DNA of 64,000 nt from an uncultured Bacteroidales bacterium (GTDB lineage: Bacteria; Bacteroidota; Bacteroidia; Bacteroidales; UBA3824): contig CAMOSO010000021.1 in NCBI GenBank assembly GCA_946624925.1, positions 30-64,029 on the forward strand. Direction: 5' to 3'. The notes under the pieces were generated by a model, which saw only the letters and a list, made by a program, of their open reading frames with translations, searched no databases and was not told where the DNA came from. Below, one piece after another: positions 17,692 to 27,098 of the stretch (its first letter is position 1; every line of letters starts with the position of its first letter). A program made the position numbers and the translations under genes.

Positions 17692-19878
17692 TTAGAATTG
17701 GAAATATATAAACGGCTGCAAATCAGACGATTTCACCTGATAGAGCATAAACACCGTCAATACGCAAATCAACACTTTCACCCACAGGGCAGAATCGACA
17801 AACCATTTGGTGTACTTTTCCTTGAAGGGGACGGACAGCCAATGAACCACCATTCCCATCAAAATCACAATGAAGACCTTCTTGTAACTCGCCACCATCG
17901 TGGGTATCAGCGAGATGTCGCTCCAACCGTTGAACAGCCGCTCCAACATCATCTCCACCGTGTCGGTATCCTGTGCGCGAAACCATATCCTTGTGAATGT
18001 TATGAAATTGAAAGTCAGGAAGATGCCCCAAATGTACGGGATGAACTTCGCCGGCTCCTTTATCTGTCCTTTTGTAATTGCAAAAATGTACCCCGACAAC
18101 GCCACCACCGACGCCAAAAGCCACACGATGTATAAGCCGCCGGTGTGTCCCAAAAAGCACATCCACAACGCCGCCAAGAAGTTGACCCACAGCAAGATAG
18201 TGGCGGCGCGGCTCTGCACATTGTAGGCTGGGAAGTACATTTTCCAATTGTCAAAGATATAAAAAATTGCACAACTGACCAAAGTTAACAGCATCCACGA
18301 CAAAATTTTTACATCGCTGTTCCACAATCCCGTCAAAACCACCGCACAAAGCGACATAAACGCAATGAAAATCACTCCAAGGGCATATTTTAGCGGTCTA
18401 TGCGGGCGGGTCTCAGCCAATTTGACAACCCAAACGAAGTAGCAATAAAACCACACACAATCGGCGATTATCCACAGGACAACGCCGTTAGGATTGTGCC
18501 AAACATTCTGAGTATAAGTAACATACGCCGCCACATTGCACAATACGAGGATTATCCAACGGAAGACCTGAGTCTCTTTTTTCCACAATTTATAGACCAC
18601 GAGTCCGAAGCCATTGTAGCCGCCCCACGTAACGAACATCCAACTCGAACCATGCCACAAGCCGCCGAGGAGCATTGTGATTTGATTGTTCATCATCGTT
18701 ACCATCGTGTGCTTAAAATTTGGGAAAAATTGGCATATAATCACCAAAATCACCATCGCGCCAAACAATATCGCCGCCAACAGCATACTGCCGCTCAGCA
18801 TCACAAACACCAACAATATCACCACCCAACACGCATAACCGCCAAAAGAGCCGTTACGATTGCCGCCGATTGGGATGTAGAGGTAATCTTTGAGCCACGT
18901 GGAGAGCGATATATGCCAACGATGCCAAAATTCTGCCGTGGATTTGGCTTTGTATGGCGAATTGAAATTGATGCTCAGCCTGAATCCCATCAGCAACGCC
19001 AGGCCAATCGCAATGTCGGTGTAGCCGCTAAAATCGGTATAGACCTGCAATGAATATCCATACAACGACATCAAGGTCTCAAACCCCGAATATTTCATCG
19101 GCGAATCAAAAACCCTGTCCACAAAATTGATTGAGATATAGTCGGAGATGAAAACTTTTTTCACCAAGCCTTTGAGTATCATAAATATAGCCATTCCAAA
19201 ATCCTGTTTGGACAATGAATATGGCTTATAAATCTGCGGCACAAATTCCGACGCCCTCACGATGGGACCCGCCACCAACTGCGGGAAAAACGACACGTAA
19301 AATCCAAAGTCCAACACCGATTTCACCGGCTCTATCTGCCGCCGATATACGTCCACACAGTAACTTATCGCCTGAAATGTAAAGAACGATATACCTACCG
19401 GCAATATGATTTTGTCGGTTACAAAATTTGTCCCAAACAGCGCATTTGTGGCGGTGGAGAAGTAGTTGACAACGTGGAAATCAGTGCCGAAAATCCCATT
19501 GACGGACTCCACGATAAAGGCGGTATATTTGAAATAAAACAATATCATAAGATTGACCACCACGCCAATAGCGAGAATCACCTTCCGCCGTGCCCCGTCG
19601 GGCTGCCGGTGCATCCAATTTGTGATGTAATATATTGATACAATGGTGAATATGAGCAACACTAGAAACACGCCGCTCGTCTTGTAATAGAAAAACAGAC
19701 TGCACAGCAAAAGGTATATGTTTCTCATCGCAATCCGCTTATACACAACGGCATACAGAGCCATCACAATCGCGAAGAATCCCCAAAAATAAAACTGCGT
19801 AAACAGCAACGGCTTCTCCGGACGATATAAAAATACATCGCCAAAATCAATCATCGAAAGTAGGGAGTCCATTAGCAC
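17692..19878 (-). CDS. MBOAT family O-acyltransferase (AlgI/DltB-like) with extended C-terminal membrane region
   Basis: 728 aa polytopic; EFWHRWHISLSTWLKDYLYIPIGGNR MBOAT His motif. Confidence 0.85.
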   Translation of the reverse strand: MLMDSLLSMIDFGDVFLYRPEKPLLFTQFYFWGFFAIVMALYAVVYKRIAMRNIYLLLCSLFFYYKTSGVFLVLLIFTIVSIYYITNWMHRQPDGARRKVILAIGVVVNLMILFYFKYTAFIVESVNGIFGTDFHVVNYFSTATNALFGTNFVTDKIILPVGISFFTFQAISYCVDVYRRQIEPVKSVLDFGFYVSFFPQLVAGPIVRASEFVPQIYKPYSLSKQDFGMAIFMILKGLVKKVFISDYISINFVDRVFDSPMKYSGFETLMSLYGYSLQVYTDFSGYTDIAIGLALLMGFRLSINFNSPYKAKSTAEFWHRWHISLSTWLKDYLYIPIGGNRNGSFGGYACWVVILLVFVMLSGSMLLAAILFGAMVILVIICQFFPNFKHTMVTMMNNQITMLLGGLWHGSSWMFVTWGGYNGFGLVVYKLWKKETQVFRWIILVLCNVAAYVTYTQNVWHNPNGVVLWIIADCVWFYCYFVWVVKLAETRPHRPLKYALGVIFIAFMSLCAVVLTGLWNSDVKILSWMLLTLVSCAIFYIFDNWKMYFPAYNVQSRAATILLWVNFLAALWMCFLGHTGGLYIVWLLASVVALSGYIFAITKGQIKEPAKFIPYIWGIFLTFNFITFTRIWFRAQDTDTVEMMLERLFNGWSDISLIPTMVASYKKVFIVILMGMVVHWLSVPFKEKYTKWFVDSALWVKVLICVLTVFMLYQVKSSDLQPFIYFQF

Positions 19879-19973
19879 TTACGTCGCGTTTGTTAGTTAG
19901 TCAATTAAACCACAAAAGTAAAAACTTTTTTTGGAAAAAGTGCAATGGAAGGGGTGAAAAATTTCGCAATCTT

Positions 19974-21221
19974 TCACTTCTTTTTCTCCCCATCCAAATA
20001 CCAGTCATACGTCCGCAGAAACGCATTGAACAGCATGTTTGCGCACAATTTGTAGCCGGGGACTGACATGTGGACTTTGTCGGCAGCCATAAAACCGCGC
20101 TCCGCCCAAATCTTGGACGAGCCAAAGCCGCCCATGCAGTCATAGACGCTGAACATCGATTCGTGGTACTTTGCAACGAGGCGGAGCACCTGTTTTTCCT
20201 GTTCCTCGGTGGCGGGGTTTGGACGGCGGCGGAAGAGGTAGCAATCGTTGGGAACAACAAAAGTAATCACAATATCAGGGCAATATTGCTTGATGCGCGA
20301 AATCAAATCAACATAACCGCTGTAAAACCTTTCAGGGTTGAAGTTGGTGACATAGCCGTCGTTGGTGCCGAGGAGAATGAGAATCCAATCGGGCTTCAAC
20401 ATCTGCAACTGACGCGCAAAATGTTGACACCTCAACCACGAAATCAAGCTCGCGCCGTTGATGCCGATTGAATGGTAAGTGATGCCGGGATTGTCATTTT
20501 CGAGTGAAAAACCGTAAAGTGTAAACGACTTTTGCTCCTCGGAATTTTTCATCAGGCGAAAACTTGCAACTGTCTGATATTTAGCAAATTTAAAAGAAAT
20601 ATAACCCAAACTGTCAATCTTCGTTACAGTATATGCGCCCATCTCGCCGGCTGGCACAATGTCATACATATTTGCAAAAGGCGCGGTGAACACCTTGACC
20701 TCGTTAAAATCGTATTGGATGGGGTTGTTGGGGTTCATCGTGATGGCGAGAGAGGCGTTTGGGTCGGTTGTCGTGGCAGACGCGCCCGAAATGCCGAGGT
20801 CGCAAGTCTTGCGGTATTCAACATTGCGGCAGGAAGTCCAAGTGCCTGTATATTTGATGAAATAGTTGGTTGGATTGTTGGTTTTAGTCATCTTGTATGG
20901 AAATACAAAGCCCCTCGCACCAACGAGACCGGGGTGCAAAGTTTGGAGACGCTGCCTCATCTGACCCGAAAAAATATCCGCCTGAGTATGCGACGCACCG
21001 AGTTGCACGATGCTGAGGCTCGATTTTCCATACCTAATCATCGAATCCAACTTCACGTGCAATTTCCTGAACGACGACGAATCCTTGTCAAAGACAATCT
21101 TTGCCTTGCTGTAATCCGCAAAGTCATAAAAATCAATGTCATACGGATAGTCCTGCGCCGAAACCGCCGTCGCCGCCAACATCAAAATCGTAATCGTTAA
21201 TAGTAAATATATATATTTCAT
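19974..21221 (-). CDS. SGNH/GDSL-like hydrolase, secreted
   Basis: Signal peptide; QLGASHTQAD (block I-like), ILLGTNDGY (block III-like); adjacent to the MBOAT gene. Confidence 0.7.
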   Translation of the reverse strand: MKYIYLLLTITILMLAATAVSAQDYPYDIDFYDFADYSKAKIVFDKDSSSFRKLHVKLDSMIRYGKSSLSIVQLGASHTQADIFSGQMRQRLQTLHPGLVGARGFVFPYKMTKTNNPTNYFIKYTGTWTSCRNVEYRKTCDLGISGASATTTDPNASLAITMNPNNPIQYDFNEVKVFTAPFANMYDIVPAGEMGAYTVTKIDSLGYISFKFAKYQTVASFRLMKNSEEQKSFTLYGFSLENDNPGITYHSIGINGASLISWLRCQHFARQLQMLKPDWILILLGTNDGYVTNFNPERFYSGYVDLISRIKQYCPDIVITFVVPNDCYLFRRRPNPATEEQEKQVLRLVAKYHESMFSVYDCMGGFGSSKIWAERGFMAADKVHMSVPGYKLCANMLFNAFLRTYDWYLDGEKKK

Positions 21222-21257
21222 TTTTTATGTTAATTATTCTACGTATATTTTTTTTAA

Positions 21258-21318
21258 ACAACGAATTAAACGAATTAAACAAATAATTAAATTCGTTTTA
21301 TTCGTTAAATTCGTTGTT
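21258..21318. repeat. 'aacaacgaattaaac' AT-rich palindrome (dispersed family)
   Basis: aacaacgaattaaacgaattaaac...taaattcgttttattcgttaaattcgttgtt; shares its terminal 15-mer with the element at 60214-60389. Confidence 0.65.
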
Positions 21319-21331
21319 AACAAATAACCAT

Positions 21332-22984
21332 TTATTGCCGCGAAATATATTCGTTATACCTCGTAATCAGCGCGTTATAAAACATTTTGGCGATTGCGTT
21401 TGCGCCGTTGGGATTGAAATGCACAAAATCTTTCTCTGCCAACGGCGGGTCGTGAAACACCCAATCGGGCATTGTGTTGTAACCGCCCATCGCCTCATAC
21501 ATATCCCAATATGCGCAATCGTTTTGGAGCGCGGCTTCCTTCAACAACCTGTCCAGTTCGGGCAAAATTTCGTATGTAACATACTCATCCTGAACCTTTA
21601 CGCTCATATCGGCGGGACCAATCAAAATTATTGAAACTCCGGGGCAAATCCGCTTCAAATATCTGATTTGGGAGGCGAGGTAATTCTTGAAAGCAACAAC
21701 ATTGTTTTCATTGAGCGACGGCACGGCATTGCCGCCAAACTGCAAGATGATGCACTTCACATTCAAATCCCTCAACATTCCGCCGAGGTGTGCGGCGTTC
21801 ATTTTTGTGAAAATCGTTCCCGAACAGCCGCGCAGGGCGATATTATCGACGGCAACACCGCTCAATCCGTCCATTGAAAATCCGTAAAATTCCGGGCTGT
21901 CCGCGCCTGAAAATTCCATCTTGAAAACTTCGGGCGTCTGTGCAAAATTCCACGTCTTTACGGAGTAGAAGTCGTTGGGTTTCAATGAATCAGCATACAA
22001 AATAGTCTCGCCGTCCATCACGCGGACATTGCAAGTGCGGGTGTGGTTGCCATAAAACATCCGCACCTTCTTGATGGTCTTTGCATTGCCGTATCCATAC
22101 TTGAAAGGGCGAAATTCCAACGACGCATTATAAATTTTTTCCGGCTCTCGGGGCTTGTTATCGGGTGTTTTGAAGACGGAATCCAACGCCACAACCACCG
22201 GCAACGAATCTGACGACGACGACGCCGCTGAATCCGGCTGTTGCAATGGCGTAAGGGAAGCGGGAGGCGTGGATTTTGGTTCGCGGTTGATGATTGGCGT
22301 AAACTTGGCAAACGCCGCCAACGCTCCATACTTGGAATGATGGACGGCAGTATCAATGAATGGAAAAATCGTGTAACGTTTCCAATCGCCGGTGCAGACA
22401 ACCTCACAAGGTGCTTTGTAGTCGTAGGCGGTTTTGGCAGGCACGAGACCGGGGCCCGAACCGCCAAATTGCTGTTGCAACTTGTATCGCAAATAACCGC
22501 TTATTCGGTCGGTTTCTATCTGAGAATCACCATAATGCACAATGCGAACAACCTTGGCGAGTTCGTCGGGATTGGTCAACGCATCAAAAAGCGTTTTTAA
22601 GCATCCCAAACCCGACGCAGGCAAATCCAACGGCTGCCGAAGGCTCTCAACACTTATTGGACGCGGTTGGAAGGCATACACCGACGAATCGAATGTAGGC
22701 ACGCCGCTCATATCAGCCACTTCCAACGTATCTTCCGCGTTTTTGGAATCGGCGACTGAATCAGACTGCGCCGCGCCATTTTGGTCTTCCTCCACGAGTT
22801 CGGGAATGAAAGCATTGCCGCCAACTTTGTCTTTGCTGCCGCCCTCCCACCATTCCTTCAACGTCGGAAAATACAGCGTCAAATCAGAGGACACACTGAT
22901 GCCATCTTTTGGAAATATCGTCATCAATATCGCCAAAAGAGCCATTACAGCAATGATAAAGCATAATGTGGCAACGGGTTTCAA
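21332..22984 (-). CDS. SGNH/GDSL-like hydrolase with N-terminal membrane anchor
   Basis: 550 aa; VHYGDSQIETDRISG, LQFGGN, GPADMS motifs. The track start is a TTG inside the 9-bp repeat, so the true start is uncertain. Confidence 0.7.
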   Translation of the reverse strand: MKPVATLCFIIAVMALLAILMTIFPKDGISVSSDLTLYFPTLKEWWEGGSKDKVGGNAFIPELVEEDQNGAAQSDSVADSKNAEDTLEVADMSGVPTFDSSVYAFQPRPISVESLRQPLDLPASGLGCLKTLFDALTNPDELAKVVRIVHYGDSQIETDRISGYLRYKLQQQFGGSGPGLVPAKTAYDYKAPCEVVCTGDWKRYTIFPFIDTAVHHSKYGALAAFAKFTPIINREPKSTPPASLTPLQQPDSAASSSSDSLPVVVALDSVFKTPDNKPREPEKIYNASLEFRPFKYGYGNAKTIKKVRMFYGNHTRTCNVRVMDGETILYADSLKPNDFYSVKTWNFAQTPEVFKMEFSGADSPEFYGFSMDGLSGVAVDNIALRGCSGTIFTKMNAAHLGGMLRDLNVKCIILQFGGNAVPSLNENNVVAFKNYLASQIRYLKRICPGVSIILIGPADMSVKVQDEYVTYEILPELDRLLKEAALQNDCAYWDMYEAMGGYNTMPDWVFHDPPLAEKDFVHFNPNGANAIAKMFYNALITRYNEYISRQ

Positions 22985-23017
22985 TTACTTCAATTACTTC
23001 AATTACTTCAATTACTT
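22982..23017. repeat. Perfect tandem 9-bp repeat x4 (AAGTAATTG on the coding strand) spanning a stop/start junction
   Basis: caattactt x4 on the plus strand. On the minus strand it reads AAG-TAA-TTG four times, in frame with both flanking ORFs. Confidence 0.9.
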
Positions 23018-24673
23018 CTTTCTAATTTTAATGACTTGTCCAATCTGCAATCTGCGGACGTCGGTGGCACTGAACCCATTGATGGTCATAATGTCCTTGT
23101 CCGAAATGCCAGGATAGTGAGCGGCGATTGAACTAAGATTGTCGCCCTTGCGGATTGTGTAATATTCGTATTTCGGATCGAGATTTTTGCCAGCCGCCTT
23201 GCTCGACTGCACAATTTGGTTGCTTTTGAGAGCCTGTTTTTGGTCAAAAGTCATATTGTCGATGTTCTTGTACGAATTGAGCTTTTTGGTGGGGACATAG
23301 ACGGTGATTTTTTGACCGACATTGATGCGGTTGCCCACAACATTGTTCCAACATTTGACCTTGTTGACCGAAACATCGTACCAATTGGCGATAAAACCAA
23401 ATGTATCGCCCTGTTTTACAGTGTAAATCAACTTAGACGTACCGGCGGGGACGCTATTGTCGCAGGGTTCGGGTTCATAATAACGACCGCTGCGAGCCGA
23501 TGACGATGTGCGCGTGGTAGCCTGTTGCAGGTATGCCTGAGCGTGTGTTGGCGCAAAGAAAATCGAATCCTGATAAGCATAAATTTCTTTCTCCTTCTCG
23601 GCAAACCTCTCCGCAAAATCGCCGGGCAGCCTCAATGTAGAATGTTTTACGTCGCCAGGGATGATGTCTTTCTTGTATTGAGGATTGAGGTCGCGGAGTT
23701 CCTCGACCGAAATGCCAAGCACGCCCGACACCTGTCCGAAATGCAACTTGTTGGTAATCATTACAGTATCGGAATAAGTCGGCACATTAACGTCGATGGG
23801 TTTGTAGCCGTGAGCCTCGTAATTGTTCATAAGATAATTGACACTAATGAACGCCGGAACGTAGCCACGGGTCTCCTTGGGCAACCACGGATAAATCTCC
23901 CAAAAATCGGTTTTGCCGCCTGAACGACGGATTGCCTTATTGACATTGCCGGGACCGCAGTTGTAGGCTGCAATCACAAGTGCCCAATCGCCATACATTC
24001 CGTACATATCTTTGAGGAGTTTTGCGGCGGCGATGGTCTCCTTGTCGGGGTCGCGACGCTCATCGACAAGCGTGGTAACTTCGAGGTCGTACATCCTGCC
24101 CGTGCCGTACATAAACTGCCACAATCCAGTTGCGCCCGCACGTGATACGGCGCGAGGATTGAGGGCTGATTCCACGATGGTCAAGTATTTCAATTCCAAT
24201 GGGATGTCGTATTGGTCGAGCACTTCCTCAATCCTTGGAAAATAATATTTGGACAATCCCAAAAGCGTGGGTATCAACAATTTGCCACGGCGGAGGTACA
24301 TCTCAATCCAATCCTTCACCTTCTGATTATAGACGAGGGGGAATGTGGTCGGGATTTTTTTCAATGCAGCCTCATAAATCGAATCGGAGAAAAATACAGG
24401 CGTATTTTCATTGGCGATTGCGTGGTTTGACTCGGCGGTGTTGATGGAATTTTTTACATAGCCGAGAGACATCAGGCTGTCGATGCCGTCTATTACCTGA
24501 CTTTCTTCTGTCGCCAATTCAGATGCCGAATTGGTAACAGCGGGTACTATGAGCGTATCCGACTCTTCATCTTCGTCGTATTCAGGCGCGGGAGCCATCG
24601 GGTCGGGTTCTTGTGCCGACACAATGCCCACGCAACATATCAGCGGCAAAAATGCTAAGAATATCTTTTTCAT
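23012..24673 (-). CDS. Lytic transglycosylase (MltD-like) with LysM repeats
   Basis: Signal peptide; SLT-type segment ESALNPRAVSRAGATGLWQFM; two or three C-terminal LysM-like repeats (YTVKQGDTFGFIANWY, YTIRKGDNLSSIAAHY). Confidence 0.85.
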   Translation of the reverse strand: MKKIFLAFLPLICCVGIVSAQEPDPMAPAPEYDEDEESDTLIVPAVTNSASELATEESQVIDGIDSLMSLGYVKNSINTAESNHAIANENTPVFFSDSIYEAALKKIPTTFPLVYNQKVKDWIEMYLRRGKLLIPTLLGLSKYYFPRIEEVLDQYDIPLELKYLTIVESALNPRAVSRAGATGLWQFMYGTGRMYDLEVTTLVDERRDPDKETIAAAKLLKDMYGMYGDWALVIAAYNCGPGNVNKAIRRSGGKTDFWEIYPWLPKETRGYVPAFISVNYLMNNYEAHGYKPIDVNVPTYSDTVMITNKLHFGQVSGVLGISVEELRDLNPQYKKDIIPGDVKHSTLRLPGDFAERFAEKEKEIYAYQDSIFFAPTHAQAYLQQATTRTSSSARSGRYYEPEPCDNSVPAGTSKLIYTVKQGDTFGFIANWYDVSVNKVKCWNNVVGNRINVGQKITVYVPTKKLNSYKNIDNMTFDQKQALKSNQIVQSSKAAGKNLDPKYEYYTIRKGDNLSSIAAHYPGISDKDIMTINGFSATDVRRLQIGQVIKIRKK

Positions 24674-24709
24674 AATTTATTAAACAATTGTTTTTCAACT
24701 ATTTTTTTT

Positions 24710-25290
24710 ATCGCTCCGCGATATTGTTTGGGGTCGCTGCGCGAGAAATCTTACAAATCTTTTCAAATCATACAAATCTTTAATTCTTTACAAATCCTAA
24801 AAGATTTTGAAAGATTTGTATAGATTTGTTAGATTTCTGTCCGTCAGGACACCCAGTTTTCAAAGAATGTTCGCAAGGACATTCTTTGTGAATCGCTACA
24901 CTATGTTTATCGCTCCGCGATATTTTTGGGGTCGCTGCGCGAGAAATCTTACAAATCTTTTCAAATCATACAAATCTTAAATTCTTTACAAATCCTAAAA
25001 AGATTTGAAAGATTTGTATAGATTTGTAAGATTTCTGTCCGTAAGGACACCCAGTTTACAAAGAATGTTCGCAAGGACATTCTTTGTAAATCGCTACACA
25101 ATGTTTATCGCTCCGCGATATTGTTTGGGTCGCTGCGCGAGAAATCTTACAAATCTTTTCAAATCATACAAATCTTAAATTCTTTACAAATCCTAAAAGA
25201 TTTTGAAAGATTTGTATAGATTTGTAAAATTTCTGTCCGTCAGGACACCCCGTCTTGAAGAATGTCCGAAAGGACATTCTTTTTTTATCT
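24710..25290. repeat. Three tandem ~198-199 bp units of a multi-hairpin repeat
   Basis: Units start at 24710, 24909 and 25107 and are over 90% identical by eye. Each contains atcgctccgcgat, gtcgctgcgcga, a 17-bp inverted repeat AGAAATCTTACAAATCT/AGATTTGTAAGATTTCT, tgtccgtcaggaca, and aagaatgttcgcaaggacattctt. Confidence 0.9.
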
Positions 25291-26001
25291 AAATGTCAAT
25301 ACAATGCGCGCACCAAATACCGGCTTGGTTTCAAAACTGAATTTTGGCTCGGTGGCATATGGCTCTACACGCAGTGCAAGGTCGTCGGTAACGTTGTAAT
25401 CGTACAAATGCGCATCGACCACAGCGTCAAATATGTTCATCATATAGACAAGAAACATACCAAGATAACACAAATCCCTGTAACGGCGATACTTGCGCAT
25501 ATAACGCACAATGTCGTTTTCTGTAGTCAATCCATAAAAACTATGCCCATTGTAGGTAGAATCGCCGGCTTGCATCGCGAGGAGGTAATGCTCGTCGTTT
25601 TTCAATTGTTTGTAACGGACATTATAAAACTGCGACACATATACCAACGTGCCAATGCCGCCATAAATAATCGGCACTTTCCAATATTGACCGTTATAAA
25701 CCTGCCCCGCACCCGGCAAGGCACACGAAAGCCAACCGGCAAGTTTGGGATTTTTGGTGATTTCCTTCACAGAATCTTCCTCGGCGGTGAGGGTGCTGTC
25801 GTTGACCAAATCGTAATTCTCGCCCTCGTCAAAACTGATGCGCGGCGGCATCGTATCGACTCTGCCTTCACGGTATCCTTGCTGCACGGCAGGGTCGTCG
25901 AGGTCGGGCGTCTCCGCGTCGGGCTCCTGCGCCGAGGCTACGTGCGACATTGCCGTCAAGATAAACAAAAAGGCGGTCAGAAATATCTTTTGGGCGGTCA
26001 T
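25285..26001 (-). CDS. DUF5683-like membrane/periplasmic protein, conserved partner of parAB in Bacteroidales
   Basis: Signal peptide then GWLSCALPGAGQVYNGQYWKVPIIYGG motif; position immediately downstream of parB. ATG at 26001 preferred over the TTG at 26010. Confidence 0.65.
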   Translation of the reverse strand: MTAQKIFLTAFLFILTAMSHVASAQEPDAETPDLDDPAVQQGYREGRVDTMPPRISFDEGENYDLVNDSTLTAEEDSVKEITKNPKLAGWLSCALPGAGQVYNGQYWKVPIIYGGIGTLVYVSQFYNVRYKQLKNDEHYLLAMQAGDSTYNGHSFYGLTTENDIVRYMRKYRRYRDLCYLGMFLVYMMNIFDAVVDAHLYDYNVTDDLALRVEPYATEPKFSFETKPVFGARIVLTFR

Positions 26002-26010
26002 ACGGCTCAA

Positions 26011-26976
26011 TTATAATTGAATGTTGTTGAGGATTCCCACAATCTTCTCGTAATCTTCGGGAGATTTGAGGTTGAAAGTGAGTTTGTAAATGCCTTTGCT
26101 GTCGAGTTTTAGATCGACCGGCACATTGAATTTCTTTGTGAAAGACTTTTTGAGTTGCTTCTGTTCGTCGGAGAGTTTTGGGCGGGCTGCCTTCACCATC
26201 AGTTTCTTGTCGTCTTGGTTATCTTCGGCGGCGGGTTCGCCGTTCTCCTCGTCCTGAGCCTTCTGTTCGAGTTCAAAGATGTATCCGTCGGGGTCTTTCA
26301 CCAACATCTCCACCTGACGCGCCGACAGTCCGTAGTTCAAGACCTTTTGGAAGAGGTCGAGCTGGAGGTCGGGGTCGTCAAGGCTGATGAGAGGACGTAT
26401 CTGACCCTCAGTGATTACCTTGTTGCGGAGAGCCGCCTGCATTTGGTCGGGCAGACGGAGAAGGCGGAGTGAATTTGCGATGGTGCTGCGCCCCTTGCCG
26501 AGCCTCGTGCTGAGTTCCTCCTGCGTGAGGTGGCACTCCTCGATAAGGCGGTTGTAGGTGATGGCAACTTCAATAGAATTGAGGTCTTCGCGCTGAATAT
26601 TCTCCACGAGAGCCATCTGCAACGCCACACTGTCGTCAGCCTCGGTGATGTACGCTGGCACTTCCGAAAGCCCCGCAATCTTGGACGCACGGTAACGCCG
26701 CTCGCCCGAAATGATTTCGTACTTGTCGTCCTTCTTTCTCAGAGTGAGCGGCTGAATGATTCCCAACGTCTTGATAGACTCGGCAAGTTCGTTGATGGCG
26801 TTTTCGTCAAAATCCGTGCGGGGCTGCGTCGGATTTGGCACGATGAGGTCGAGGGCAATCAGAGCAATGCTGCCCGTATTGACCACTTCCTCGGGTTGGT
26901 TGTTCTCAAAAGTCTTGTTGTCCTGAATAAGGAAGTCCAAACCCCTGTTGAGACCGCCTATCTTTGCTTTTGCCAT
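26011..26976 (-). CDS. parB: Chromosome partitioning protein ParB
   Basis: GLNRGLDFLI, PNPTQPRTDFDE, GIIQPLTLRK, IISGERRYRASKIAG, HTH segment LTQEELSTRLGKGRSTIANSLRLLRLP. Confidence 0.93.
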   Translation of the reverse strand: MAKAKIGGLNRGLDFLIQDNKTFENNQPEEVVNTGSIALIALDLIVPNPTQPRTDFDENAINELAESIKTLGIIQPLTLRKKDDKYEIISGERRYRASKIAGLSEVPAYITEADDSVALQMALVENIQREDLNSIEVAITYNRLIEECHLTQEELSTRLGKGRSTIANSLRLLRLPDQMQAALRNKVITEGQIRPLISLDDPDLQLDLFQKVLNYGLSARQVEMLVKDPDGYIFELEQKAQDEENGEPAAEDNQDDKKLMVKAARPKLSDEQKQLKKSFTKKFNVPVDLKLDSKGIYKLTFNLKSPEDYEKIVGILNNIQL

Positions 26977-26995
26977 TGGTCTATAAGATTAAAAA

Positions 26996-27098
26996 GTTGA
27001 TAGTTTAATGTTGATAGTTGAAAGTTGAAAGTTGAAAATTGAAAGTTGAAAGATTAAAGATTTCAATTTTCAATTTCTAATTTTCAATTTCTAATTTT
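26996..27098. repeat. AT-rich heptad-repeat palindrome between parA and parB
   Basis: gttgaaa(g/a) tandem heptads on the left arm pair with tttcaattttcaatttc on the right arm (ttgaaaattgaaa / tttcaattttcaa). Confidence 0.7.

Noticed and set aside
24710-25290. Possible CRISPR array, suggested by the regularly spaced palindromes.
   Set aside because: The period is about 198 bp and the sequence between the palindromes is itself conserved between units, so there are no unique spacers. No cas genes are present in the window.
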